Positions 39,986 through 53,386 of a stretch of DNA of 64,000 bases are shown in pieces. Position numbers and translations under genes: made by a program. The notes under the pieces were generated by a model, which saw only the letters and a list, made by a program, of their open reading frames with translations, had not been told where the DNA came from and did not search any database. Source of the stretch: Octopus sinensis (lineage: Eukaryota); contig NC_043001.1 of assembly GCF_006345805.1 (NCBI RefSeq), positions 108,500,001 to 108,564,000 of the forward strand, written 5' to 3'. Position 1 is the first letter of the stretch; each line of letters begins with the position of its first letter.

Positions 39986-40111
39986 ACTATTATTATTATT
40001 ATAATTATAATTATTGTTATTATTATTATATTTATAATTATTATTATTGTTATTATAATCATTATAATTATTATTATTATTATCATTATAATTATTATTA
40101 TTATCATTATA

Positions 40112-40190
<79 letters not shown>

Positions 40191-40302
40191 CTATAGTGAT
40201 GCTACCACCAGCATCACCACTATATTCATAACCATATGTTGTTATTTTATTAATTAAGTAAACTGAGTGCTATATTGTTTTTATGTTTTTATTTTATTTC
40301 AG

Positions 40303-41987
40303 ATCGAAAATGGATTAAATGTGATGATTTAGATGGTCCGATATGTTCGGTGAACCTTGGTCTACCTCTCATACCCAAGCAGGAAATCCATTTAGTAATG
40401 TGGGAAAAACTGAAGTCGGATTCTCTTGAGACCGTAGCAGATCCTAAAACGAATTCAGCGTCAGCATTGACCAATCCACAGATGTTACCGGTTGTTACAT
40501 CGGTCAGTGAAGCTCCTTCAGCTTCTGCTTTACCAGTTGTAACTATATCAGATGATTCTTGTTCATCACCTATACCGTCAACTTCATCTGTCACGTTGTC
40601 AACGACTGCGACGTCAATGACGAATAGTATTATATCATCGACTGTCGGAACGGTTTTCAGCAGAACTACGCCGTCAACTGGAGTTTCAGTTCTTGGTAAT
40701 ATAATGTCATCAATTGAAGCGCCAGTTTTTGGTGATGCCATGTCATCAACTGTTGTCCCAGTACTCAGTGGTACCATACCATCGGCTGTTGTTCCAGTTC
40801 TCAGTGGTACCATCCCTTCAGCTGTAATGCCGGTTCTTAGTGCTACTGTGCCATCAACTGTAGTTTCAGTTATTGGTAATACTGTGACATCAGCAGTCAC
40901 ACCAGCCCTCAATAGTACCGTTTCTCAACTGGTCAGTCCAGCTCTTTGTAGTACTATGTCGCAGCCAGTCATTTCTGCTCTGTGTAGTACAGTCTCACCA
41001 TTGGTCACAGCAGGTCTTTGTAATACTGTATCACCATTGGTCACCCCAGCTCTTTATAGTACTGTTTCACCATCGGTCACTCCTGCTATTTGCAGTACCG
41101 TCTCGTCACAAGTTGCACCGACTGTCAACACTACTGAATCGTCAGCAGCCCTCAGTACCGTTTCCCCAACTGTGGCCCCGGTCCACAATATTATGCTCTC
41201 GTCACTTGGGACTCCCATTTCCTGTGCTACGTTGTTATCAGTTGCAAATCCTGCCATTAATGGACCAATATCAATCTCAGTAACACCGACATCAACAACA
41301 CAACCACAACCGTCATCATCCGCTGATGATTCGTTTATTATTCCCATGTCTGTGTCACCAAGTGGATTAATTTCCTTATCAACCACTACGTCACCTTCTG
41401 AAGTTGTCTTCTCTTTGCCTGTTATGTCATCGACTCCGAACACTTTGCTTACACAATTGGTCAGTTCTGGGAAAGAGGAAAGCTCTTCTTCATTAACAAG
41501 TGCCTCACCAATTCTTAAGTCTGCACTTCTGAATAGTTCTCCATTATTAGCTTCAGAAACATTAGTTTCTGCTGCCGGAGACTCCATACCTCCACATAAT
41601 TCTGCTTCACTACCTACGCAAGTTCTTTCAAATTCCAGTGAAACCCAAAGTTGTCTAACCGGTTCTTTAACACCAGCCACTTCCAGTAACCAAGTAATTT
41701 ATCCAGTTCAGATTGAACCCCCACTTTCCATGAACACAGCATGCGTTGTCCAAAACACACCGGTTGTTGTCAGACCAGGTCAGTCGGGGGATTTAAACCA
41801 AGTTGTTATACCAAATTGTAGTCAAATTCCTTGTTCCCCTATGGAAGTGAAACAAATAAGTTTTCAACCTTTGCCTATTTCTAAAGGGAATACAAAAACT
41901 TTACCGATCAAACTTGAGAGTGATGCCAATCACTTAAATAAATTAAAAGCCAATTTGGCAATGGTCAAGAGATTCAGGAAGTGGTAG
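40303..41987 (+). CDS. USPL1: USPL1-like terminal coding exon (catalytic Asp plus long S/T/P/V-rich tail)
   Basis: Acceptor ttttatttcag, phase 1. DRKWIKCDDLDGPIC...IPKQEIHLVMWE matches the USPL1 WxxCDDLxGP...EIHxVxWE motif. Open to TAG at 41985-41987. Confidence 0.9.
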
Positions 41988-43286
41988 GGATATGGAATAT
42001 CAGTTTCCAATTTCCAGTTTGTTATTGATATTCCTCTGTAAATTTTGTGTATAAATTCTTATTTCCTAAGTTATTGTCAGAATTATCTACAGATTTTTTT
42101 TCTTTCTAAGGAGAGAATAAAAGACTTAAACTGCCATCTGTGATTGCAAAAACTGAAAAAAAGAATTAACCCCACAATATGTAATAAAGTTGTTATCATT
42201 ATTATGTTTTATTTTGTTTGTTATCAGAAAGGTAAGGTTTGAACTGGTTACAGGTAACCCTTTTTCAAGAACTGGGCTACATTAAGTATGACTAGTGATC
42301 AAGTGGGCCAGACTACTAAAAATATTCAAGATAATTTTTCATTTAGGCATGCTATTCAGAAGGTCCTGCAGGCTGCATCTTTTTTCCTTCAGCCCATCCA
42401 AGGTGCCTTGGATCACAAGACGGCTGCTGTGCTTACCTTGGATCATAGGGCGACCTGCTGTGCTTGAGGAGACCTATTGAGTCAAATGCATCAACATCAA
42501 AAAAATCAAATGGAAATTGTAGTTGTGATGCCTCTGCCGGTGGCATGTAAAAAGCACCATCCGAATGTGGCCGATGCTAGCGCCGCCTTGACTGGCTTCT
42601 GTGCCAGTGGCACGTAAAAAACACCAACCCATCGTGGCTGTTGCCAGCCTCCCCTGGTACCTGTGCCGGTGGCATGTAAAAAAACACCCACTACACTCAC
42701 GGATTGGTTGGCATTAGGAAGGGCATCCAGCTGTAGAAACACTGCCAGGTCAGACTGGAGCCTGGTGCAGCCTCCTGGCTTCCCAGATCCCAGTCAAACT
42801 GTCCAACCCATGCTAGCATGGAAAACGGATGTTAAACGATGATGATGATGATTGTTTGTTTGAGAATTCTTAAAGGCACTGATGATGGTGCTGCATAAAA
42901 AGCAACCAGTATACTCTGTAAAGGTTTGGCTTCAAGTCTTGCCAGCTCCTGTCTAACTGTCCAACTCATGCCAGCATGGAAAATGGATGTTAAATGATGA
43001 TGGTGAAGATGTTGAGCAGATCTGTGGTCAACGATCTGATTGGCACTTGTGCCAGTGAAACGTTATAAGCACATCCGTGCGTGGTTGTTGCTAGGGCCAC
43101 AGATTGGCTCCTGTGCCGGTGGCATGTAAAAGGCACCATTCGAGCGTGATCGTTGCCAGTGTTGCATGCCAGCACGTGAAAAACAACATTCGAACGTGGT
43201 CATCGCCAGTTTATAAATGGTGTTTAGAAGCCATTTAAAAACACACAAAAACCGTTAGATTCACTTCAACATCTAAATTTAATTTG

Positions 43287-43333
43287 TGTCAAAATATTTT
43301 CGTCGCTTTGAGATTGTGACCTGATCACTGACA
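43287..43333 (-). ncRNA. Hammerhead-like motif with G3-C8 swapped core
   Basis: Minus strand reads TGTCA-GTGATCA-G-GTCAC..GCGAC-GAAA-ATAT-TT-TGACA. A mirror copy lies on + at 43376-43424, with GAAA changed to AAAA. Confidence 0.55.
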
Positions 43334-43589
43334 AAATTCCATGCTGCAGCAAAATTCTGGATGCAGTGCGGAATTTTGTCAGTGAACAGGTTGCAGTCTC
43401 AAAGCGACAAAAATATTTTGGCAAATAAAATTTAAATGTCGAAGTGAATCTAACAGTTTTTGTGTTTCTTAAATGGCTTATTAACACCTTCCATGCTGCA
43501 ATTGTTTTTGTTTCAGCACACGATCCTTGATCAGGTCACTTGCTATGCAAGTACATCTCCATAATATATCTCTTTCTCTTTTTTCTCTT

Positions 43590-43985
43590 TTTACTTGTTT
43601 CAGTCATTTTGGCTGCGGCCATGCTGGAGCACCGCCTTTAATCGAGCAACTCGACCCCGGGACTTATTCTTTGTAAGCCCAGTACTCATTCTATCGGTCT
43701 CTTTTGCCGAACCGCTAAATGACGGAGACATAAACACACCAGCATCAGTTGTCAAGATGTTGCTGGGACAAACACAGACACACAAACATACACGCACATA
43801 CATATATATACATATATACGATGGGCTTCTTTCAGTTTCCATCTAACAAATCCACTCACAAGGCTTTGGTCCGCCCGAGGCTATACTAGAAGACACTTGC
43901 CCGAGGTGTCACGCAGTGGGACTGAACCTGGAACCATGTGGCTGGTAAACAAGCTACTTACCACACAGCCGCTCCTACGCCTATA
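43590..43985 (-). mobile_element. SINE family C with internal (TA)n/(TG)n microsatellite; copies at 11430-11700(-), 14035-14410(+), 16030-16210(-), 16604-17145(+), 19610-19920, 36670-37228(-), 44765-45165(-), 59352-59790(-), 61505-62193(+)
   Basis: Head GTGGTAAGTAGCTTG...GGTTCAGTCCCACTGCGTGGCACCTTGGGCAAGTGTCTT, a variable central microsatellite, and tail ...GGTGCTCCAGCATGGCCGCAGTCAAATGACTGAAACAAGTAAAAGAG. Confidence 0.85.
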
Positions 43986-45593
43986 TGTATATGATTTTAT
44001 AAAAAGCAGAGAGAATGAAAAAAAAACTTACATTTAATAAGAGAGAAACATTTGTTAGTGCAGCAGATATAAAAACAGTCCGAATAAGTTGCATAATCGA
44101 TATTTATTTATACTATAATTCCTGTACATATTGATTTTATTCTTTAAAATAAAGTTTATAAAACAACAACAACAACAAAAATGTAATTGGAAAAGCAAAT
44201 ATCAAATAACAAAATATGGAGAGAAAAACTGATATAGACCCAAATTGTGGAACCAGAATCAGAAAAATAGAAATAACAAAAAGCCATTTTTGTTTTTTTA
44301 TAATTATATATATACAGTGTTTATTTTGGTTGATGTGCGTACTGTTGAGCTCTTGATCAACTCTGAGCTTCTTTTAGAAGTATTTAGGATTATATTATCA
44401 GGGATTACATTGTCCAGTATCGCCTTCCCTTTTAAGTCAAAAGTGTGTAATTTGAAAGAAATATGGTTGTTATTTCTAGCATTTCAAGTGGCCATGTTAT
44501 AGTTCCCTTCTTTGCTTAGCAAAAGAACCACGGCTGTTATTGTTTAGCCCTACAACAACTTTGGTTGGGATAAAACTTTGATCAAAGGCAACCCAACCGT
44601 GACCATCCTGTCCCATCTTGTTTTAGGCATAATAGATCTTTGCCCACATTACTTTATATTCTCCTATTTAAAAATGTTAGGGTGTGATTTGAGGGAGATT
44701 TGACTGCTATTTCTAGATGATCTCTTGATAGTTCTGTGAGGGAAGGGTTGCTACTTTTTAATCTTTACTTGTTTCAGTCATTGAATTGTGGCCATGCTGG
44801 AGCACTACCTTGAAGGGTTTATTTGAACATATTGACTCCAGGAATCAACTTTTGAAAGTTTGCCTCTTATTCTATTAATCTTTTTTTTTTTTGCTAAACT
44901 GGTTGTGAAGCAATGGTGGGAGCCACACAACCACAAAGACACACACATATACCTATACACACACACTCAGACATGTATGCACACACACATGCACATACAT
45001 ACATACATATGCATATATGATGGGCTTCATCACATTTTCCATCAGCCAAATTCATTCATAAGGGGCTACAGTAGAAGACACTTGGCCCAGATGCCATGCT
45101 GTGGGACTGAACCCAAAACGTCATGGTTACAAAGTGGGCTTCTTAACCACACAGCTATGCCAGTGCCAAGAAAGAAAGAACAGTGTCTATAACAACATGA
45201 AAATATATAATTTCATTTCATCTAGTTTCATCTCACGAGCTGTGGCCATGCTGGGGCACCACCATTAAGGATTTAAATAAATAAATGCAAGGTATGATTG
45301 TCAAACAACCATAGCATAGGGATTTGGATTAGTGGTCCGCATTCTGACAAATGTATAAAAAGTATTTTACTGCGAGTGAGAGGTGCTAACTGACTCAACC
45401 ACAGAGAAAAGTCAGAACAAAGGCACAAGGAATGAAGTTTAAGAGAAACAGATCCACTTTGGAAATCGAAACTGTATTGCTTGCAAACGTTCAGTCTGGA
45501 AGAGAAATAAAGCGATCGCTCGACTTGTTATTCTTTGGTTTCTCAAAAAGGTGGAGCATCTCAGCTAATGAACCGCTTAACAGGTAATATTGT

Positions 45594-46026
45594 TTAACCC
45601 ATTAGTGTTCAAATTACTCAGTTAAATGTAATACTTTTTCACTCAAATTGTTTTGAATTAATCAAGCATTACCTTATAGCTTTGAGGTTTCAATGATGTG
45701 ATTGTTTATTTTTAGAATGATATTGTAGGGTAGGTGTGAGAGGCTAGATATTGCCTGTTTGAATATAAAACATGTAGAATATCTGGGCCAGATATGGCTG
45801 GTTTAAACAGTAGAGGGTTAAACCAGCTGTATCCAACCCAAGGATTCTGTTTTATGCTCAAACCAGTCAGATCTGGCCTCTCACACTTATCCTACAATGT
45901 CATTCTAAAAATAAACAATCACATCATTAATATCTCAAAGCTTTGAGATGATGCATGATTAATTCAAAACAATTTGAATAAATTAACATTTCATTTGATA
46001 GAACAATCTGAATGCTAAATGGTTAA
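45594..46026. mobile_element. Second piggyBac-like MITE family, two copies in inverted orientation; others at 2874-2960, 24122-24350, 47854-48081
   Basis: TTAA-CCC...GGG-TTAA ends and shared TTCACATTGTTTTGAATTAATCATGCATTATC internal sequence. Confidence 0.72.
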
Positions 46027-49000
46027 ACCATAACACTATTCAATAGACACCATTCCACTGAACTGTAACACAACAAAGTGTAGTAGTACTATTAATACAA
46101 TACCATTGCCATGGTACATACTCTTCATCTCAGATTCTGTAAAAGCATTGGGAATCACAGAACAAATGGTCAAGGTTAGAAACCCTCTTCTATGTCATAT
46201 TTTTCACCTTGTCTCTATCCGGTACCACCTGTAATTTGGTACCTTTCCTCCAGGAAAAACACTGATGTCTATTTTTACCTTCATACTGAAGATAGTTGTG
46301 AACACGACCAATCGCCAAGGGTCGAAACAGGATTAACTGTGCAAACCAGTCATTAATAAAATATAAAAATTTTCTTTTTTTTTTTATCTCATGAAAAGAC
46401 AGAAAAATCATATTTAATGAGAGAGAAAAGGGGAGGAAAAAGAGAGAGAGATTGGAAACATTAAATGGAAGAAGAAGAAAAGATAGATGAATATTTTTTA
46501 ACTTATTTAACTTTATTTAAAGAAATTTTGAGATAAAAATGGAAGAAACGGATGGATGTATAAGTTGTGGTGTAATTAATTCTTTCTACTATAGACAAAA
46601 GGCCCAAAAATTTTGGGAGACCAGGCTAGTTGGTTATGTTGAACCCAGTACTTGGTGGGTACCTATTTCATTGATCCTGAAAGGGCAAAAGACAAAGCTG
46701 AGCTCAGTAGGATTTGAACACAGGACATAAAGACCAATGGAATGTCTCAAAGAATTTTTGTCCAATGTGTTAAAGATTCTGCCAGCTCGCTACCCTAATT
46801 TGTGATATAATTAATAAAACTCTAAAAGAGGCTTTCTTCAATTTTTCTAATTATTTTTAATTAAATTTTAGCTACATACTGTTGATGAATTTATTTTAAA
46901 AAATCAATGATAAAATACAAAAAAAAAAAAACCCTACATATTGGGGTGACTCTGCATGGCTGTAGTTCAATGATTGAAACAAGGAAGAAAATAAAAGACA
47001 GCAATTAAAAAAAAAACCCAATTAAAATACGTAAAAAAGAAGAAGCTAAGAATTCCGAAAATAAAGAGGAATGTTAGTTTTTGATGTGGTTTCATTCAGC
47101 CCTGATAAAGTAATCCTATGATGAATGTTGTTCCATTTATGACCATCCCTTCAAGTTTTTAAACATAGAGCAACTAGTACAATGATGTCTAATCTGTCAT
47201 TTCTCTTAGAGACAGTGGGGTGCAATTTAAGGGATATATAATGTGTGTATAGGGTGGAGGGTTTTGACAAAGATCAGATGTGTGTATGGTGTGGGGGTAC
47301 ATATATATATATACACACATATATATTCGTTTGTATATTTAAGAATATATATGTATAGTGTGTGCAAATGTTTGTATATGTATATGCATGTGTGTGTGTG
47401 TATATATATATATATAGATATATATATATTTACATACAATACATATATATGGTAGAGCAAGTATTTACAATAGAGTTTATCTCCTCTGTATAGTGTATCT
47501 AATATACAAAGGAAGCAAAGAGATCTTTGTTAGTTTCAACAGTGAGTCTTTTAGTGGTTCAGTGAACTGTTCATTCAATCTGTTCATTCAACCATGATAT
47601 AAGTAGCTGAGTATTCCACAAACATGAGTATCCTTGCTGTAATTCTCAGCTGGAATCAACGTAACATGCTATATGACAAGACAAGATTGACCCTTTCTTC
47701 TTACAGGTACAATCCATTTGTTAGGCTTCCCACAGTTTCCACCTATGAAACTTCACTTTGTGTCTTACTGAGGCTTCATTAACAGACACATGCTTAATAT
47801 ACTACCACACAGAGGAAGTGAACTCAGCACCTTATGATAACGAAGTGAATTTCTTAACCCTTTCACATTCAAATCAGCCATATCTAGCCAAAATATTCCT
47901 CCTGTTTTACATTCATACCAGCTAGATCCAGCACCTCACACCTAGCTTGCAATGCCATTCTAAAAATATACAGCCACACCAGTGGAATCTCAAGGCTATG
48001 AGATATAGCATGATTAATTCAAAACAATATGAATAGATAAGCATTAGATTTGACAGAATAATTTGAATGCTAAAAGGTTAACCATGGGGTCACGCCTGTG
48101 TCCATTTACGAAATATTTAGTATAGCAAGGATAACGTTGCCCATCATGTCCTTCCTTGTTTGATAAACTCAATGGTGTACTCACACAAAAGGTTCTATGA
48201 TTTATAGAATAGTTGAGCACTTTTTTAATGGTAAAAATATTTTACCATTGGTGGACAACGAAAAACCTGGCAGATGACAGTCAAGGCTGATCTGGAACCC
48301 AATCTAGGACCCCCCCCCCCATGTCTATGGCATTCGCCGCTGGAATAGGGAGTGGTTGGAGATCACATGGTCGTTAACCTTAAATCGCCAGGCCTGGTCA
48401 ACGTTTGTGAGAGATGCAGCATTGAGGATGAATGAACCCAGCTCAACCCACCCCGGGTGAATGCTGTCTGAAGACAAGACAAGAAAAATATTTTGCCCGC
48501 GTACATAGTTGCATGTGCAACTGTTGGAGACCCGCTATAAATGTTGTGCATTTAAAAAACAGCAGCTCCAGATATCTTTAAAATTCACTGGCAATGCTTA
48601 GTTTGCAAGCATCACAACAAGGGAATTTGGCTGTTAGTTCTTGTATGTTGAGCAGTGGAATGGAGGATGATATCTCATCAGTGGAATTTATATGAATTAA
48701 TCTGATAAATAAAAGAAAGAAGTGATAATAATATTATTATAATATTGACTTCAAATCTTGTCAAAAGGTCAGCAATTTTAGCAGGAAGCAGGGCAAGTCA
48801 ATTACATCGACCCCAGTACTAAACTGGTACCTATTTTGTCAACCCTGGAAAGTGACTTTGGCAGCATTTGAACTCAGATTGTAAAAATGGACAAAATACC
48901 GCTAAGCAATTTTGAAAAGCATGATTCAGTGAGCTCGTCACCTTAGTTACACAAAATATAGGTTCAGTAATATTTGGGGGAGGGAGCAAGTTGAAGGATA

Positions 49001-49448
49001 GGCAAAGTCGACCTCCACAGAATTTGAACTCAGAATGTAAAAATGGATGAAATGCCACTAATCAATTAACCTGTTGTGCTAACGATTCTGCAAGCTTGCC
49101 GCTAAAATACTATTATAATAACGAGGAAGAAATATCTTCTTTCTGGTTGACGAAAATGGTTAATACTTGATACTGGTTAAGAATAGTCGTGGATGGTTTA
49201 GCAAAGACATAAGAAATTAACGAAAAAAAACGGCAGGGAGATAACCATGGATTTAAAAGAAATGAAAATAATTGTCCATGAAAAACTGAAAAAATTAAGT
49301 AACTTTAACATGGAAAGGAAAAATGAATAACAAAAAATTATTTGTACCACACACACACACATATACATGTATGTACATTCATGTGCACATGCACAAAGGC
49401 ACTCAGATAAGCAGATATGTGTATGCATACACACACATATACATATAC

Positions 49449-49486
<38 letters not shown>

Positions 49487-51727
49487 GCATACATATATGT
49501 ATATATTTCTTTATATATATTATACCTATTCATTCTATTAACATTTATATATACATACACAGATACACATACACACATGTATATATATTTATATATACAT
49601 ACATATTTATTTATACAGACATATATAACATATATGTAGTTTTCTAGTCAACATTCTGCCATGGGTTAGCTCTCAAAGTAAGTTGGTCAGTTCTGGGACA
49701 GACCCTTACATTTTCTTTATATTTTGGAGTTTTTTTTTTTAGGAATATATAAAAAAAAAATTCTTGTAACTACATCTAAAACAATCTCTCTATGTGCAAA
49801 TAACATTTCGTACATACATACAATAAAATTGGGAAATATGCTAAAGAGGATAAAAAAAAAAAACAAATCATGGTTTTGAAATTTTTCATTAAATATTTTT
49901 TTTTAATATTCTTTTTTTAAGATTTTATTTTATATATTTATTTATTTATTTCAATTTTTTTTTACATTTTTTTTTCCATATTTTGTTTTTTTTACATTCA
50001 CTCTGCTTCTGTTGTTGTTTCTACACTAACAATATAACTGTTTATAGCTTTGCTCAAGACTTCTATGATACAAACTTGCTGTTTTTAAAGAAATCTAAAT
50101 TTGAATCTTTTATCAGAATTTCCTGTCAATTTAAGTTCTAAATGCCAGCTTAATAAAGACAGAGTTATTTTGCTAAATTCTTCATTATTTTGCTAAATTC
50201 TTCGTTTTTTTTCAAAATAATTTAAAACAAGGACAGTGTAGTTCAACAGAAATGATTGTTACAAAAGAACTAAGTTACTGTTTGGTTGGCTCCAAGAGTC
50301 ACAGTATATTTCTTAGACTTGTCACAGCACCTAGCACTGTATTCTTAGCACCACATACTCCTGGTAAGTAAATTCCATTTGATAAGGCCCACAAAAACAC
50401 CCTATCACTACTGAAATTCTTAAATTTAAATAGGAGAAACACGAGAGGAAAATTCTGATTTTTCAGATCAAGTCGCTTGTTTGAGAAAGAAAAATGCTTG
50501 AAAGTTTTTATATAAAAATGTTAAAATTTTCTTCTTATCATGGCAAACAAACTTTTCCAAATTTACCGACTTCAGAGAATAAATTTTGGTGAAGTTAGTT
50601 ACCATTTACCACTAGTTTCTTTGGATTTTACTTTCATGTATTTTTTTTTTTTCATTTTATATAAATACTGACGAATTCTTCAAAGCCACTTTAAGTCAAT
50701 ATACTTCGTAAACAATATGTGAAGCTAATGTTTAAAAAAATAGAAAAAATAACAAAATAGTCTACTCCATAAAATGATTGATCAAATCATTGGATCATCA
50801 TCATCATCATCATCATCATCAACATCACCATCATCGTCATTGTCAATATATATATATATATTTCTTGTTTTTCATGCAAGCATCGTAGGTTGGATAGATA
50901 TGCAATACAACATATTGTCATTTTATTTCTAGCCATTTAAACAGTTTAAATATTTTACTCAATAAATACTAATTATTTATCAGTTACTTTTTAGCTGGAA
51001 AATATTCTGCCTGTTGCTTCACAGGCTTCTCTCTCTGTCCATCTTGGATTTATTATTTTTTAATTTTTTTATATAATTCTTATATCAAATTACAATAATA
51101 CATGAGAATTTATTTAATTCATAATAACTTATATAGTTAACGGTTGCTGGGTGTATAAATTTTATATAACAATTTATATAATTTGCAATATCTTATATAA
51201 CATCAGATTATATAATCTTTAATAAAAAATTATATTATTAACAATAACAATTTATATAATTCATAATGAATTATATAATACATAAAAATAAAGTTATATA
51301 ATTGAAAAATAAAAATAAAACCATAAATTCATAATAATAATTCCTGATTGCAGTTTCCATGTGGAATGGTAAAAGTAGACAAAAAAAAAAAGAAGGAAAA
51401 AAGCCAAAAGATAACAAAAAGACAAATAAAATGAAATTCGGTTTTACAAGAATAGATCCGCTCTCTTTTGTCAGAGAATGTGGAATGAAATGAAAGCATC
51501 ATATATTTTTGATGAGAGATATGCAATGTTACCTTTCTATGGCCAATTTCCTGATTGGTTAAACAATGTCTTCACCTCATTAAAAAAAAAAAAAAAAAAA
51601 TCAAAGTCCATGCTGTGTTAGTCTAAAAGATCAGGTGGCCAGCATCCGCTCTTCACATCTCCACATATAATTGTTGTTAACACTGTCATGCTTATTTTTC
51701 TGTTTTATAATAATCCTTCTTTTTCTC

Positions 51728-51830
51728 TTATTCTCCCATTGAAGTCAAACCTCCACTGACTTCGTTTTCAAATCCTTTCACAGCAACTCTCTGGAATTCT
51801 TCCATCACCAAGTCGTAGTCTTCTTTATCA
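51728..51830 (-). CDS. Arrestin terminal coding exon (C-tail)
   Basis: Acceptor attttcttcag, phase 2. (D)DKEDYDLVMEEFQRVAVKGFENEVSGGLTSMGE then TAA (51730-51728); aligns with the arrestin C-tail DIVFEDFARQRLKG. Not present in the ORF track. Confidence 0.9.
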
Positions 51831-52043
51831 CTGAAGAAAATAAATACATATTAGTATACATAAGAAGAAAGTACACAGAAGAAATAATGATGGGGATAAT
51901 AGACAGTGGGGGTAGGGAGTGGAAGAAAGAAGTGAGGGGAAGAGACAAGAGAGAGAAAGAGAGGGGGAAAAGTAGATGGTGTGTGATGTTCTTATGAAGG
52001 CTGTTGTCATGAGTTGACTATTGGTAGAAACAGATATAAAGAG

Positions 52044-52074
<31 letters not shown>

Positions 52075-52149
52075 CTATCAGAGAACATTTATAAATAAAA
52101 ATAGAAATAAAAGTAAGTAAAATATAATATATACATATGCATATACACA

Positions 52150-52278
52150 TGTATGTATGTATGTATGTATGTATGTATGTATGTATGTATGTATGTATGT
52201 ATGTATGTATGTATGTATGTATGTATGTATATATGTATGTATGTATGTATGTGTGTATGTATGTATGTATGTATGTAT
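52150..52278. repeat. (TATG)n microsatellite in the last arrestin intron
   Basis: Direct inspection. Confidence 0.95.
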
Positions 52279-52449
52279 TTCTCTTTAGACTTTCCTCTTT
52301 CTTCTTTCCAACGAAGAGCAATGCTCGAAATGTTAACAACTATCTCCTTTCACCGATTGTCAAATTAATATATTGCTTGTGCACATCCTCACGCTCGTTT
52401 TTTTTTTCTTTTTTTTAATTGTTTCTTCTTTGAATTGGCTACCCCTCCC

Positions 52450-52509
<60 letters not shown>

Positions 52510-52852
52510 TCATAAAAACAGAAATACATACATATACATATATACACACACATACAATACATATACAAACACTCGTGCTCGTACGTATTTATAAGGGTAG
52601 GTGCGCAGACGCACACGCATACACATACACACACACACACAAACACTCACATATGTGCACCCACACACACACACATGCACACATAATGCATATGTATTCT
52701 GAAGGAAATGCTTTAACATTGCATCGTTCGACATTCAAACAATCTCAAAAGTCATAAACCTTTTCCTATGCTGAATGTTTCAACCATCGCGGTTTAAATT
52801 ATGATGATGAAAACAAACCCAAGAACATAAACGTAAAGATTTTATAACTTAC

Positions 52853-52939
52853 TCTTCACTGGCTCTTTCTTCTGGCTTCAAAGAGTTTCCCTTCAGTCTA
52901 TTTGGGGCTAACTTGAATGGAACTTCCAAAACCATATCG
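52853..52939 (-). CDS. Arrestin exon
   Basis: Acceptor tttttcag, donor gtaagt, phase 2/2. DMVLEVPFKLAPNRLKGNSLKPEERASE aligns with arrestin DVAVELPFTL. Confidence 0.9.
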
Positions 52940-53386
52940 CTGAAAAAGAAAAAAATGGATAAATACTCGAAGCAGATAAAGCTATAAGCAGATATCTCGA
53001 AGCAGATAAAACTATAAATAATTGAATTTAGATATTGGGTGAAAAACTCTTTGGATAGAAAAGGTCGAAGGCCACCTGTGAGACACGAACCCACAGCACC
53101 AGTAAACATGGCAGGCATTCTGCCAACGGGCTAAAGTACTATTTCTGATTTCTCTGTCTACTTTAAAAACTTTAGAAATTTCGAGAACGCGGAGTAATTC
53201 TTTTCTGGAATGGTGAATCTTGAAGCAGATAAAGCTATAAATGATAGCATGTTAATATTGTGTGAAAACTCCTTTGAACAGAAAAAGAAGAAGGCTTCTT
53301 CGAGATTCACCATTCCAAGTGTGTATCTAATTCCCTAAAAATCAAAAATCAAAAACGGTAAAAATAAAAATAAATGCAAAACTTAC

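Noticed and set aside
40289-41680. Minus-strand ORFs of 207 and 208 aa, and those at 28641-29648
   Set aside because: Antisense shadows of USPL1 coding exons.
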